64,000 nucleotides of DNA from Octopus sinensis. Taxonomy: Eukaryota. Of this stretch, positions 37,120 through 51,805 are shown piece by piece. Location of the stretch: the NCBI RefSeq assembly GCF_006345805.1, contig NC_042999.1, forward strand, positions 108,066,001 through 108,130,000. The letters are read 5' to 3'. The notes below the pieces were generated by a model. It searched no databases and was not told the origin of the DNA. It worked only from the letters and a program-made list of their open reading frames with translations. Position numbers and translations under genes: made by a program. The stretch's first letter is position 1, and the number at the start of each line of letters is the position of its first letter.

Positions 37120-38507
37120 AGTACTTTTGTACTCCACCAAAGTATAGAGTAACCCATCAGATTAGTGTAAAATTATTTTATATTATAACTGAACATAAAA
37201 ACAAGCATTAATATATATATGTGCACATGCACACATTTACATATGTATGTATGTATGTTTGTATGCATACATGCATATGTAAATATATATATAAACAATG
37301 GTTTCCTGACAGTGTCATTTGCTTACAGTCTACCAAAAAACATGTCCAATCTCCAGTCTTCCTGACATGTCTTGTCATGTTGCATGATCTTGATCGTTGC
37401 CAATATTGAAACCAACCATTAACTGATGATGGAACTGATAGATCATCATCATCATCGCTGTATCGACTACTTTTCCATGCTTCCATGGGTTACACAAAAG
37501 TACATTGAAGCAGGGTTTCAATGGCCACGTGCCTTTCATGTTACCAATAATCTCTTGTTTCAAATCACCATTGAACAACAAACAACCTGGACATGCTTTT
37601 GTGGTGGATTGTGAGCAAACATCACCATCAGGAATCCATTATTTACAAACCAGTGAAAGTGAGGGAATTGCAGAGTCACACACACACACAAACACACAAA
37701 CACATGCTTAAAACTATTATTATTATTATTATTATTATTTTAATTATTATAAGTAGCTTAAAAGCCACCCAATAGAGCGGCTTTTAAGTTATCTCCTGTA
37801 GAGGACTCTTCATTAGACCTTGTGCCCAACAATGACACTACATGCATTGAGTACATATTAAATTTTATTAAACTCGAACAATATTTTTCAAGCAATCAAC
37901 AATTTTCATCAAAACAGCGATGTAATTTGTTGACTTGGAACTTATTGCAAAGCTACATGATAAACAACAGTACTACTGCCATTGCCACATCTGCCATACA
38001 CATACCATTCATACTTCTGATGCCACCACCATCAGTACCTTTGACTTTGCTGCCTTTTCCTCCACAACCATTACCACTGTCTTTCACATTGCTTACTCTC
38101 ATCCCTGACCACCTTGACTACCACCACCAATATCACCTCCCCCTCTATCACAACTACAGCTCTTACTATTACTATCACTTCATTACCATCACAAAAGGCT
38201 AAATGTGTGTATAAAAGAATTCAATGTTCAGTATCTCTTTCCCTCACTTACCCACTCTTTCCCTCTCTCTTATTATTACTCCCATACTACTTTTAATAAA
38301 ATATCATCAACTCTCCCTAAATTTCTTTGTCTCTCTTTCTCTCCCTCTCTTTTTCTTTCTCTCTGTCTGTCTTCGATATTGCCTTCACCATCTCTGTGCC
38401 TACTATTACATTCACCCAAACATGAGCAACAGTAGAAGTGTCATTGAATAGTGAGAGAGGGTGTCAAAGTGTAACACACTGACACACAGAAATTAGTTTT
38501 CACATTT

Positions 38508-38575
38508 CTTCTTCTTCTTCGTCGTCGTTGTAGTAATAGTAGTAGTAGTAGTAGTAGTAGCAGTAGTAGTAGTAG
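38508..38575. repeat. Compound trinucleotide repeat (TTC)(GTC)(TAG)n
   Basis: Direct reading. Confidence 0.95.
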
Positions 38576-41500
38576 ATCATATATAGATATTGTGTATATT
38601 AAATAATTTTTATCTCTCACTGGATGGAGTACTTTATTTTTGTTGATCTTACTTATATTGGAACAGTAAACTACACACACACACATTTACTCTTTTCATT
38701 TATTACTTTTTTCAGTCATTGGATTGCAGCCATAAAAAGGTATCTCCATCCAGATTATAGTCAATTACATGTATCTCAGTTGTTTGCTCTTTGACTACTG
38801 CTTATTGTATTGACCTTGGAAGAGTGAAGGATAAAAATATACCATATATTTACACAAAATGCGCATGCACTCACACACACATACACACGTGCGGTAAATG
38901 AAAATATCCTCTGACACTTAATGAGTTGTTCAGATTTTCACCAAAGGCTTTGGCTTCATACAGATACTAAAAGGGAAAATCAGCCTGGCAAAACTACCCT
39001 CCAGAGTTATTGACTAATGTGAGAAATTGCAGATATAAGGAGTAGGTGTATAGAAGGGTCTTAATTTGCAGAAATGAACTGACATATCAAAAGAACTTGG
39101 TATTCTTCCAGATTCATAATTAATATTATTATATGTCAGTTAAAGGCTATAAGTGAAATTACTAGATTATATTGGTAAATTATTATAAAGCATAATAGAG
39201 CTATGTAATTTGAGTTTAAAGTGCAAAACAACCTGTCAGGGTTTATATTTATCTCCTTTGTAATCTTGTCAGCTTTATGTAAACTGTGTTACATATTTCT
39301 ATTATGATAACTTAGAGGAATAAATACAACATCTGTGACAATTTACAAGGATTCCATGACTTCTAGGAAGAAAGGCACATTATCTACTACTGGAGATCTG
39401 GCTCAAATGCTTGCATGGGCATTGATTTCATAAAAGTGTCAAGTACCAAATGCCAGTGTTAAACTACAGAGCAATGGATTATGTATATTCATCCAAGAAC
39501 AGGAATAGTCCCTCTATTAAATTTCACTTCACAAGGCTTTGGTCACCCGGAGTCTATGATAGAAGACATTTGTTCCATGTGCCAGTCATTGAGAATGAAA
39601 CTACATACATATGTGTGTGTGTGTGTGTATGAACAGATTCATAGCTATGTGATTAAAACATTTTGTTTACTCATATATGGGTTCAGTTTCAAGCATTTTC
39701 ATCAGGTCTTGAGTGTGATGGTTGCTTCTTCCTTTGCTTCCCATCAATCTCAGAGACTTTATAAATTGTCATGAATACTGCCATTCTTTCTCTAAGTAAT
39801 TCTAATAGAAGAAAGAAATATACGCTAGGTGATGCTGCTATTAAGTTAGATACAATACTGGCCAAAACCTAACTAAGTATAACAAAAATTGTTTCCATTA
39901 AATCAGTAAAATTACACTAATGATAAACATATTTCTTGAGAGATTGTTTTGCACATTTTTAACTAAAATTATATTGGTCTATTAGGCTTGGTAATATTTT
40001 AGTAATATGACCTCCACTCAGGCACTCTTTACTCACCCCTCTCCTCACCTCTTAGCATCCATATTATGTCCAACTTCCCCTCACCAGGCTCCTCTCTAAT
40101 TACTTCCACTCTGACACTCTCGTCTCACTCATCTCTGTCTCTCCTTCTCATCATCCATTCCATGTACCTGCTTCCACAACTAGGAAAGTCGAGTGTATGG
40201 ATGATGAGAGGCTTTTCATAAACCAATTCACTCAGTTCTTTCTTCACTCAGAATGTCAAAGCACTTTAGTTTCCTACCTGCTTATGTCTTTCCTGTACTT
40301 GCAAGAGTTTAAAAAGAAAATTAACAACATCACTCTCACTGGTCAGAGAGGGCCTGTGCAGACCATGGACAAAGTCCCTTCCTTCAGACCAAAATATTAG
40401 CATCACAAAATGTATGTTATGGCATTTCTTGATATATTAAAAATTGTAAATATTGATGATGTAATTTGCTGAAATCTTTAATATTCTATAAAAATATACT
40501 TTTATTATTTTCAACATCTTTACAGGTGATATAGTAAATAGGTAGGCTCTCTGTAGTTTAATTGAAAACGCGGCTGTTCAGCTAGTGGTAGGTGTGTAAT
40601 CGTTCATTTCTTGCCATAGAGCTTGTTTTTCTTTTCTGTCCAACCTTTGTAAATATAGTGTGTAATATTATTCTACATCGAAAATCTTAGCAGTTAATTT
40701 ATTCCCAATAGCAGCTAAGACATTCTGTTGGCTATGTGTGTGTATGTGTGTGTATGCATGTGTGTGTGCATGTGTGTGTGTGTATGCGTGTGTATGTGTG
40801 CATGTGTGTGCCTGCGTGATTGGGGAGAGAGTGGTATGGAATTCTGCATTTTACATTAGCATACTTTGCCACAGATCCACTCTTGATATGGTCATCAACA
40901 AAGATAAGTGCATTGATCACTTTTATTTTCAATATCTGATAAAACTGCTCAGAGATTTTGCTTTGTCCCTCAGTTCTTGTATAATCTGACTATGCCCTAA
41001 GGAATTTTTTTTATTGATTTACAGACATTACTCATTAATAATATATACGTAATTTAATCCCTCTTTGTGCTAACAGTTACCTCCACTCTCCCTGGAGCAT
41101 CTTCCTTTTAAATTCATCCATCATTCTCAATATTATTCCTTCTTACTTTATTTTCCGCTGATCGCCCTTTTCTAGTTATTTCTCCTTCTCCTCTGAGATA
41201 CTTCTTAGGACTGCCATTGCCTTATCTACAACACACTCTCATATCTGCTATCATTCTCATCACCCTCTTATATCTATTGTTTTCAGTCTCTCTCCTACCT
41301 TTGCTCCTACTCACAATAACTACCTCTACATACCTCTGACATCTATATTTTTATCACTGTATATCTCTCTTGTCCCCCTCACTCTCCCAGCCTGCTCATC
41401 ATCTCCATATTCTGTGATCTTCCTACAGGTTTATTATATTGCTAATCGCTTTCCTTCTAGTACTGCCACTTACAACCTCCTCCTTGTGTGACTCTTTTTC

Positions 41501-42329
41501 TTCCACTTACATCTCCCCATACTGGTACTGACCATCACCCACACCTCCACCATTGTTCCATTCATTGCATCCACTTCTACACTAATTTCTAAAGAGTTGG
41601 TCATACTCTAATGAACTTATCCACCCACCTTTGTCAACTCTTTGTATTCTTCCTTATAGTCATCTTTTTGTATCTTGAGAGTATGGTCTGCACCTCATCA
41701 CTACTGTCATTGTCTTCTGTCCAGCCACTCCTACTCACCCTTATATAATGCAGGGCAGTCATGTATCCCCTCTGTCCTGTTCTCCTGTCATACTTTAGCC
41801 TTGCAACCAGCCGATGGATGAACCATTAAGCAAAATAAGCATTGTGCTTAGGACATCAAGGGAAGGAGAAGGTATCACAGAAATAGTAAATGGTTTATGG
41901 CACAAAAGAAATCTCTTTAAACTTGCTAAAATAATATTCAGAATGCCCTGTCTCAACAGAGTATAGAAGCATACATTTTACGTAAGATTAATTTGGGAAT
42001 CTCATCAAAGATTTTTGCAATTAAAAAAAGATTGTAGGAAACTTTTCAAATATAAATGAAGTGGAAGTATACTAAAATAAATACTATTTCCCATCTTACT
42101 GTTTATTTTGTTTCATTTTGAAAAATAAAAATTTATTTTATGGTTTATTATTGTTTACATTTCGAATTATATATGGAGACACCAAAATCTTTTGAATGCT
42201 TAAGGCCTCATGGGTCTTAATCCAGCCCTGCTTGCAAAAGCCGTATAAAGCCACACCCAACTTCTATTGCAAACCTATTCTGTTGAGTACTCATTTGTCT
42301 AATGAGTTATTTGGCAATATCATTAATGT

Positions 42330-42510
42330 CAGTGTCATGGAAAATGTACCCAACACACTCTGTAAAGTGGTTCACATTAGGAAGGACATCCAGCTATGGA
42401 AACCATGCTAAAACAGACATTGGAGCTTGATGCAGTCCTCTGGCTCACTCGATCCTGCCAGACCATTCAATCCATTTGCATGGATGGTGGACATAAAATG
42501 ATGATGATGA
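42330..42510 (+). mobile_element. SINE 3' part with RTE-type tail
   Basis: ACACTCTGTAAAGTGGTT..ATTAGGAAGGACATCCAGCT..GAAACCATGC...ATGATGATGATGAT. Confidence 0.75.
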
Positions 42511-42545
42511 TGTGTGTATGTGTTATATATATATATATATATATA

Positions 42546-42850
42546 TCATCATCATCATCATCATCATCTGGTTTCCATGCTGGCATGGGTTGGATGGTTT
42601 GGCTGAGGACTGACAAGCCGGGATGCTGCACCTAGCTTCAATCTGATCTGGCAAGATTTCCACAGCTGGATGTCCTTCTTAGTGCCAATCACTCAGAGTG
42701 TGTTGTGGGTGCTTTTTATGTACCACTGGCACAGGAGCTGGTCAGGCATCACTAGCATTGACCATGCTCGAATGGTGCTTTTTAAGTGCCACTGGCATGG
42801 ATGTCAGTCAAGCAACACTGGCTTCGGTCACACTTCTACTGCCCTTTGAC
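42546..42850 (-). mobile_element. SINE 3' part with RTE-type tail, inverted relative to its neighbour
   Basis: (ATC)n then TTTCCATGCTGGCATGGGTTGGATGGTTT...CAGCTGGATGTCCTTCTTAGTGCC. Confidence 0.8.
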
Positions 42851-44789
42851 TCATTCTTTCAAATGATTTTGGTATTTTTTAAAATCCTTGATAGTATATA
42901 GATGAGTACTCCACTTGAATCATGGGAGATAAAGAAGAGATGGAGACTCATTTCCCTGCCAAGGAGATGCTAAAATGTTGTGGATAGATAGAAAGTCTAA
43001 CTGAACTGAAAATTGGATAACCTGGTCATGGTTTCAACCCTTTAAACTCTGAGTACAGCTTCCACCCTGAATAGCTTTATGGTATCTTTTACTCTGTTTA
43101 ATCAAACAGATAACTATTTATCAAATAATGGAGTTAATATAATTGGTTATATACTTTGAGGCAGTGCCCTAGAATGGTTATAGTTCGGTGACTGAAACCA
43201 GTAAAAGAATAGCTAAAGGTATTTCACAGATTTGAAATTGTTCGCAAGATATTTGATTAAATTTATGTTGATAGGTCAAATCTAATGTGTAAACCTTTTG
43301 ACAAAATTCTTTGCTAAGAAAAATATTCTATCATGGATCTGCTAAGTTAGCAAAGGCATTTAATTAAATCAAATAAGAAAACTTCTATGTGACCACATAC
43401 ACACTACCTTATTAGTTCATTTTAAGTAGATTACTCAGAGGAGATAGCAACTTAAAGCTGGGCAAGGAGAGTAGTAAACAGATACAGTACAGATATTAAG
43501 ATATTTCAAGTAGAGACATTTTGAATAAACTTTGTATGTGAAATTGAATGCAGCTATATAATTGGAGATGCAAATAACCAGAATCTGTATGTCAGATGGA
43601 AGGAAAACTATTAATATTTCCCTTGAAATATAAATGAAATCCAATTATTTAGCTAATCTAATCAGTGATATAACATGAACCAAAAAAAATGTTATGACTG
43701 TAGGAAAGTTTCTGTTGCAAATGAATAGTTGCATCTGCGCAAAGAAAAAAAAATGTGCAGGTATCAGAAATATCATGTAGTGCGTAGTGTTGCAAAAGAA
43801 GACAGTCGAAGTGTGTTGTTCGCAAAAGAAAAAAAAAAAAAGACAGATCTGCAGCAGTTGCAGATAAATATGCTGAGAATGGATGTTTTGAGCTGGATAA
43901 AATGAAAAGAGCTGCCATATGCAGATAGTTTTTGAGGATTGTATTTGTATACAATGACAACAGACTGAATTGAATAGTTAGTGGAAAGAGAGAGAGAGAG
44001 AGCAAGCATGTAGGAGGAAGAGGTAACAAAAATATGTAACAAATTAAAGGACACCAGATTAAAAACCATTTAGTATATGTCAATCCAAAAAAAAACCTTC
44101 TTTATCCTTGTCACCATTTGCAACAGCACCATCACCACCACTGCCAATTTCTCTACCATTTCTGCCAAAATCACTACCGCTACAACTACCACTATTATTA
44201 TGCATTTCGTTCTTTCAATTCCATACTTAAAGCAGTGCCCAGTTTGTGTAAATATCAACTGAATCTTCATTTTTCGTCAGTTTAATGTATACTTCTGAAT
44301 ACATTCTACACATTTTTGTTTGTATATGCACAACCACACACACATGCATATGTATGCACACACACACACACCACACATATATGTTTACATACACATACAA
44401 TTACTATTAAATGATGCAAAATTAAATGGGACAGATTAGTCCTTATGTGCCTAAAGGCAAGATTAGAAATAAGTGAAAATGGAATTTTTCACAGTAATGT
44501 AAACTTACAATTGTTTTCTTTTAAAATTATCCAACAGTGTGCAATTAAAATAAACCCTTTACAGAGCATTTTCTGCTGATTCTTTTCAAACTATACACCA
44601 ACAACTCAGTTCATTCTTAAATGCATTACATCCTTTTACATTGTTATAGTATAAAGGCATGCAGTGTAGGTCAGTATTTCGTCATCTATAGGTCATGGAT
44701 CAAGAAGAATGAATTTTTAAATTTTATTTCTATTTTATTGACTAACGCAGTCTGTAGAACATTTGGTCTTTTGCATTATATATGTATTG

Positions 44790-44990
44790 TCTGTGTAATC
44801 TTTTATCTTTTACTTGTTCCAGTCATTAGACTGTGGCCATGCTGGGGCACCATCTTGAAGAATTTTTATTTGAGCAAGTCGACTGCAGCATTTTTTGTTT
44901 TTTTTTGCCTGGTACTTATTTTGTCAGTCTGTTTTGCTGAACCACTAAGTTATGGAGATGCAAAAATGCCAGCGCTGGTTGTCAGGTGGT
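44790..44990 (-). mobile_element. SINE family B, 3' half
   Basis: TTTTATCTTTTACTTGTTCCAGTCATTAGACTGTGGCCATGCTGGGGCACC is the reverse complement of the 11319-type tail. Confidence 0.8.
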
Positions 44991-45091
44991 GGTAGGGGAC
45001 AACTATAAACACAAATATACATACATACTTATATATATATAGATACACACTCACACATATCCATACATACATACATATATATATATATATA

Positions 45092-45240
45092 GGCGTAGGA
45101 GTGGCTGTATGGTAAGTAACTTGCTTACCAATCACATGGTTCCAGGTTCAGTCCCACTGCATGGCACCTTGGGCAAGTGTCTTCTACTATAGCCTCAGAC
45201 CAACCAAAACCTTGTGAGTGGATTTGGTAGACGGAAACTG
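45092..45240 (+). mobile_element. SINE family B head, well preserved
   Basis: GGCGTAGGAGTGGCTGTATGGTAAG...GGTTCAGTCCCACTG...TTGGGCAAGTGTCTTCTACTATAGCC...GGAAACTG. Confidence 0.88.
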
Positions 45241-48200
45241 AGATTTTAGTATGAGATTGTTGATGCATTTTCATAGGTGTTCTAATTAAACAAAGGATAA
45301 GGCACAAGTGTGGCTGTGAAGATGAAAAACAAGTGGTCTTGTGTTCATTCCTATTGTGTGGCATCTTGTGCAAGTGTCTTCTACTATAGACCTGGGCCTT
45401 GCGAGTAGTTTTGGTAGATGGCAAACTGGAAGAAGCCATCATTTGTGTGTGTGTATGTATATATATATATATGTATGTATGTGTATTTGGATCCAGAGAG
45501 GAGTGGACAGCGTGCTGTGACCATTGGTATCAAATGGACACCTGACGGACTAATCAGTCAAGGTGATCAAGGTGATATATGTATTTATGTGGTTGTGTGT
45601 GTATTTGTGTGTATTCTTGACATCATGTGATGGATATAAATGTGCATTGCTCTCATTCAAGCATGGAAAAGTGGATGTTAAATGATGTTGATGATGAAGG
45701 TTTCATTTAAAACATATACTTTCTCTCAAACTAAATCTAGTTTACTTACTGATACTAATAAAATAGTTGTAATTTCACCCTATTCCAAAATTTTTGGTTT
45801 TTATCCAATAGTGTGCAACTGGTGTTACTCAAATACTTTTTGAGTTTAGAAAACAGGTTATGTAGGTATTATTACTTACAAGCTTAGCCATATATGCTAT
45901 ACATACAAAGCAAGTAACCAAAATGACTAGTTTGTTAAGTAAACACATTCATTAAAATATATAAATGGTGGTAATGTTTGATAAGCAAATCTACTTTTGT
46001 TTCATCTTTATCAATTATGCATATCTCTTTTTACTAAGTGAAGCATGAAGCTCATTAAGTGTTGTTAGGGATTTTAATCAGGATATCTGTAAAGGTTGCA
46101 GCACCAAGCAAAATAGGTTTATTTGTTAAGTTTATAAGATGAGTTTTTATCAATGCAGACCACCACTAGTTTACATATTCTTGTTTGCTGTTTATTATAA
46201 TCTACTAGCAAAACCATTCTTCTCCCAGTGCTACCCTAAATATTTAAGTATTTTCTTTCCAAAGAGCTTTCATTGAAATTTCAGAAGTTACATATGCCCA
46301 TGGCATATAAAGTTTATTAAATGACTTTTGTTTTTTTTTTTTTCATTTCTTTTTACAAATGCAGATAACCAGTAGTCCCTTTTGAGTCTGGTTTTTATTT
46401 GCTGTTTACTATATTCTGCAAACTAAAGCTGTTTACTCAGTACTATCTTCAACATTTAAATATTTTTTCTGTAGAGAAGAGCTTTGATAGACACTTCAGA
46501 ACACACATCTCACCATGATATACAAACATATCTAAATTTGAAAACTTTATCAGATGATGATTTTCTTTTTCTTATACAGACCACCACATGTTTTCACAAA
46601 CTTAGACTTTTATTATAAAGTATCTTATGTTTGGCTAGTTTTAATATCTTTGAAAAAAAAAAAAGAAAAAAAGGTGTTATAAATCATAATCATATATTGA
46701 ATCATTGATATTACCACACTGTTAAACTTCTAGCTGAGGCTAACTTTCATATTTACTTCGGTAAGCTTAAACAGTTTTTTCTTTGAGAATTTAATATTTT
46801 CAATACTAACAGATCAGAAGTATTCTGTTGATTATTATTGAGAATATTTACCTCTAAATATAACTAAAGTACTTGGTGTGCACTTACATAGTGTTTTGTA
46901 GAGAATGTGTTGTGTACATACACACATACACATACACTCACATGAAAAGAAAATGAGTTAAAGAAATAACACAGTATGGCTTGTTTTATGCATTTATTTA
47001 TTTAAGCAACAATGACCAGTGAAGGTATATTTAATATCATACAAGATAAATACTTACTTGACTTAAATTATCTTTGCTTTCAGGGATGTTAGAAGAATCA
47101 CTTGGAAACAAATTGGTATCAATCTCAAATGAGAAAAGGATACAATTTCATTAATCAAGAATTCTTCAAAATTAACATGCTATTAAGGAAAAGACAGGCT
47201 GGATGTCTAGAGATAAGAGGATGGTTGTAGATACATGTTCATGCCTGACAGCAGTTACTCTGTCCTCATTCATCTTCGTTGTTCAAATAAGGGCTACAGG
47301 CAACTCTGAGTTATTTCTCTTACTTCATTTGCATTTCATTTATGCAAATTGTATATGTCTAAGTGTATGGTTCTGTTGTTTGTCAGTGAGAAGGGCATCC
47401 AGCCATAGATGCCAAAATGATGTGTTGAACTCAAAAAATCTCAGATCATGGCAACATGGAAAGCAAACATAAGATGATGCAGATGATAATGTTTGTAGTT
47501 ACCTCCATACTAGGATTTTATGATAGTATCCAGGAAGTTGGATTCAGCAATCTTCAATAGACTTTCATTGTAGTTGGTAAAATAAAAGACATGTTTGTGT
47601 ATGTGTTATTGATATATTTATTTATGTGAACTTTGTATGTGCGTAGTGCATTTGTGTAGTAGCAGTAGTAGTGGTATCTTGTTATATGTTAAGACTACTT
47701 AGTAGAGTGTATTTTTATTTCAAGTTGAGAAATTAAACATACTCATTACACTGAATATTTGGCTATGCATGATTTTCATGGGCTAGAAGGTTTACCTCTG
47801 AACAATCCATACCTAATATATTCATCTCTTTTACATATAATCAATTATTCTTCTTCTAATACTCACTGCTCTCTTATCTTAATTCTGTTGCACTAGGCCT
47901 AAGTCTCTATCTTTCTCTGTGTTTCTATCTGTCAGTCTGTTTATGTATCCACACACACATACACACACACACGCGCGCACACACATGCACACACACACGT
48001 GTGCACACACACACATTCACACTCTTATGACTGCTCTTATTTTGGTCTGCAAATGAAACAAAATATTTCTGACAACACATCACATTGTCACAATTAATAA
48101 TATATGATATTTCCATAAACCTCCATTCACTCTGCTGTTACTGACGTCACCTTGATCTTGATGGTCTCCAGTCTCTTGTAGCACACATTGTCAATCACAT

Positions 48201-48396
48201 AATTCTGTTTGGAACACTGAGTGTTTATTTCTGTAGAGTATCACAAGTCTTATTTACATCTCTCACACCTATTAAATTGCACTGCTTGAATAATGAATTT
48301 ACACCCACTACTATCATCACCATACAATAATTTATAAACCAAATTTCAGATAGAATTGTAAAACAGAATATATCATAAGTCCCAAAAGCAATTTAA

Positions 48397-48610
48397 CCTT
48401 TTTGATACCAACCTGCCTGCAAATGCCCCTGGATGGTGTATACACACTTCCTGTTATAAAGTGATCTAAATTAAAATCTTTCATCAAAATTCCATGTTAT
48501 ATTCCAAATTCCAACTGAATATTGGCAGTTGTTTTTCTAAATTCTTTATTATTTTCTCAACTGATTCAAACAAAGGCAGTGTATTTCAATACAAAGTTGG
48601 TAAAAAGAGG
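48397..48610 (+). mobile_element. Degenerate piggyBac-type MITE
   Basis: TTAA|CCTTTTTGATACCAACCTGCCTG start; GGTAAAAAGAGG|TTAG end. Confidence 0.55.
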
Positions 48611-49496
48611 TTAGGCCAACTTGTATTTCTGCTGAAATTTTGTTGCTCATTGTATCTTACTTTTTTGTACTATAATTATTTTTCATCTAAAAGAGTGTGG
48701 TAATATTTTGAGATGTATACATCTGAGATAGCTTGATAAACACTTTATTATTATAATATATATATATATATATATATAAGCAAAGCTAAATGCCATTTAA
48801 ATGGCCTGCCTCACATATAGGAATAACATTTGATTTCTTTTCAAATGTTATTTGGAAATGTTAATTTCTTTTCTCTCTGTCTCCTTTAGGCAGATCACCT
48901 CACCCATGGAAGTTTTATATTTTTGAATCTGTTCAGTTTTAATATCTTTTCTCTTTTTTTTTATCTATTATTTTTCATCTAATAAAGGTATCTTATTGTA
49001 CACTTTCCTTTAGCACATTAAACAGCTGTTTCAGAGTAAATCATTTTCTTTCCTCTCCTTGGATATCACCTAGGAAAATAAAACAATAGAAAGGTCAAAA
49101 GACATAATTCAGCACCTAGAAGGCTTGCATGATGGAATTATTTGCTTTACTTTAGTTTCCTAGTTGTTTCCAGTGTTGAACCTTATAAAACATTGCAAAT
49201 GTAGAGATGAGTTTTTAGTTCAATCAAGCAAGCAGAACCTCAAGGGGTTAAGAAAGAAGTAAACACTCTAGAAATGGAAACATTTTACTGTTATTATATC
49301 AAAGAATTACTTTTTGAATGTAAAAGGTAGTATGATGATATTAAATTTGAGCTTAGTCATACTTTAAAACAAAACTCTGATTGTGGTTTTAAGGAAACAA
49401 AGATTATATTTTGTATAATGTTGTATATGAATTTTGAGAAAAGACCTGTTCATTTGAATAAATGATTTGTTGATGCACAGAAAAAAATGCCCTTAA

Positions 49497-49710
49497 CCCT
49501 TTCATTACTAACCTGGCTGAAACTGGCTCTGTAGTACAAATGTCTTGTTTTCATAAGTTTTGAATTAAAATTTTTCACTAAACCTTAGTCACAATTAATG
49601 TTCCTAACACTAAATTAATGGTAACTAAGTTATTTTACTAAATTCTTCGTTATATTTTAAATAATTAAGAGAAAACAGAGAATCTCAAAATAAATACAGT
49701 AATGAAAGGG
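49497..49710 (+). mobile_element. piggyBac-type MITE (214 bp)
   Basis: Perfect 13-bp TIR CCCTTTCATTACT / AGTAATGAAAGGG; TTAA TSD at 49493-49496 and 49711-49714. Confidence 0.92.
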
Positions 49711-51619
49711 TTAACTGTTAGTAGTGGTAAAAAATATACACAGAAAAAAAAGAAATAAATGATTTTCTATATATGTTGAGGTAGTTGCTATGATGCAACA
49801 GTAAAGGGTCTGTCAGAGGTATGTGCGATGAAAGTTTTATATTTTTCCTTTATACAGACAAATGTAAATATAGGTGGAAGTAAAAGGAACTGTAAGAATA
49901 TTGATAACATTAATGAAAGTAACAAATACTGGATAAATATTGTGAATCTAGAAAACAAATGAAACTTAGAGAAATAGAATGTCCAAACATAAGACAATGG
50001 TGATATTAGTAACTAGCTTGATGTTATTGTTGAGCCTCAGTTCAGCTTTGATCAAGCAAACCTGTTAGGAAATGTATTCTAGCCATAACCTTCCAGTTGT
50101 TTTATATACCAAAGACTGTATTAACTACTGTGTCCTTCATTATTTGGTGGATAGGGAAAATACGGTATGATATATGGAAGCCTTGCTTGTTATTTCTAGC
50201 AGATTGTGCAACCATGTACAGCTACTCTTGGTTCAATTTGTAGATTATGTCTTGAGTGGTTAGTAGCTGATAACATACTGCAATTGATTTAATGTTTGTG
50301 ACAATATATTAAATACCAGCTGCATGGTCATTTCATTCTATAATACAAAAATATCTATTTATAATACAGAAATATCTATTTATAATGCAGAAATATTTAT
50401 TGGAGTATGAGAGAAAAATAATAGACTTTATATGAAATATTACAATGTTTTGACTTTACTCCAACTCATTTTTTCCCCTTCCTTCTGTTATTTTTCAAAT
50501 GAGCAATTTTGCTGGTACTTAGGTAATCATGATTTAATTTTCTCTGCAGGGAAAGAAAAATAGATTTTTAAAAATTGACATCTGTAAAAGATCAACATTT
50601 AAAAAGAAAAATTTTTCAAGGATTTTCTTTCTCTTTCTCTTCATATGTGTATTGTTGTATAGCCTCAAAAATTAAATTAGTTGCCAAATAAAAGCAAGAA
50701 AAAATAATTTTTCTTTCACTGTATATAAATATTATTTCTGTGAACTACACAAAAATCTTAAGATTAAAATATTTCAAAAAAGAAAAAGAACACTCAGACA
50801 CGTGCACACTAAAATGGTCTAAACAAAAATTAAAACAACTTATTTTATGTTTAACAAACTATAATGATTTCATCATAAGATTAGTTATTTAAGAATAAGA
50901 AAAATATTTGTTGTTGCTATTTTGTTTTTCTTTGTCTCCTTAAAAAATAAAGTTATGTGTGGAATTTAGCATTTTTTTAAGTATGATTTCTTGCTTTTCC
51001 TTTCCTCCTAGACAGAAATAATTACTAATGCATATTAATCAGCTGGCGAAGTACATTATGGTGGTATCATTCATCAGAGTAGAGTCTGATATTGCAGTAA
51101 ATGTATAATTAAGAAACCAAAAATAATACAGAAAATAATGAAGCAAAAGTTGTTTTTTTTTAATTTATAATCCTAAAGGTATGCAAACACTACAAGTCTC
51201 CCTTAGTGTACTTGACCATAATTTATCTCTCCATTTCTTGTTATCAAGCTAGTATTGGTAAGATTATGCTTAGACAAGGCTTGTCAGAGTTGTTACCATA
51301 TTTAACAAACATCAATTTCCTTCCCCGTTACATACTCCCATTCAATTTTTAATTAATTGCAATTTTGGAGTTAAATTTCTTGCATATTTTTTGAAACACT
51401 AATGAGTTTACCTGTTCACTACATATGTACTATCAATTAGACTTTTTGGCAGCTCTGTGCTTTTAATTGGTTCAATACATGCATGTTAGACTCTAGTTAA
51501 ACATGGACTCGCCTGTCATAAATGACAGTTGAAGACTCAGCAACTTCTTGCTGAATTATGTACTCAGGGGATTTGTTTAAAGTGTTCAAATGTTTATACT
51601 GCACACAAGCTCACTCTCT

Positions 51620-51805
51620 CCATCTAATCAACATTCCATATACAGGTGCATAGTGTGTCAGACATCAGCTGTTGAAGTTGTTGCAGAACATGAAATGAAG
51701 TGCTTTGCTCAAGAACACAGTGCACTGCCCGGTCTGGGAATCAGAACCATGATCTCATAATTGTGAATGCAATACCCTGGCCACAACGGAGCCTTGCACC
51801 TACAC
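51620..51805 (-). mobile_element. SINE family C, degenerate
   Basis: GAAATGAAGTGCTTTGCTCAAGAACAC..CCCGGTCTGGGAATC. Confidence 0.75.

Noticed and set aside
39367-39462. IIYYWRSGSNACMGID similar to a GABA-A/Cys-loop receptor segment
   Set aside because: The flanking conserved SYGY and LPQF are missing, an in-frame stop precedes it, and no other receptor exons are seen.
41040-41760. Long pyrimidine-skewed block
   Set aside because: No readable ORF or periodicity; probably decayed repeat or low-complexity DNA.
43658-44083. 141-aa minus-strand ORF
   Set aside because: Composition driven by poly-T and (CT)n runs; no motif.
47960-48020. Alternating purine-pyrimidine tract (Z-DNA potential)
   Set aside because: Such CA/TG microsatellites are ubiquitous in this window; not distinctive.
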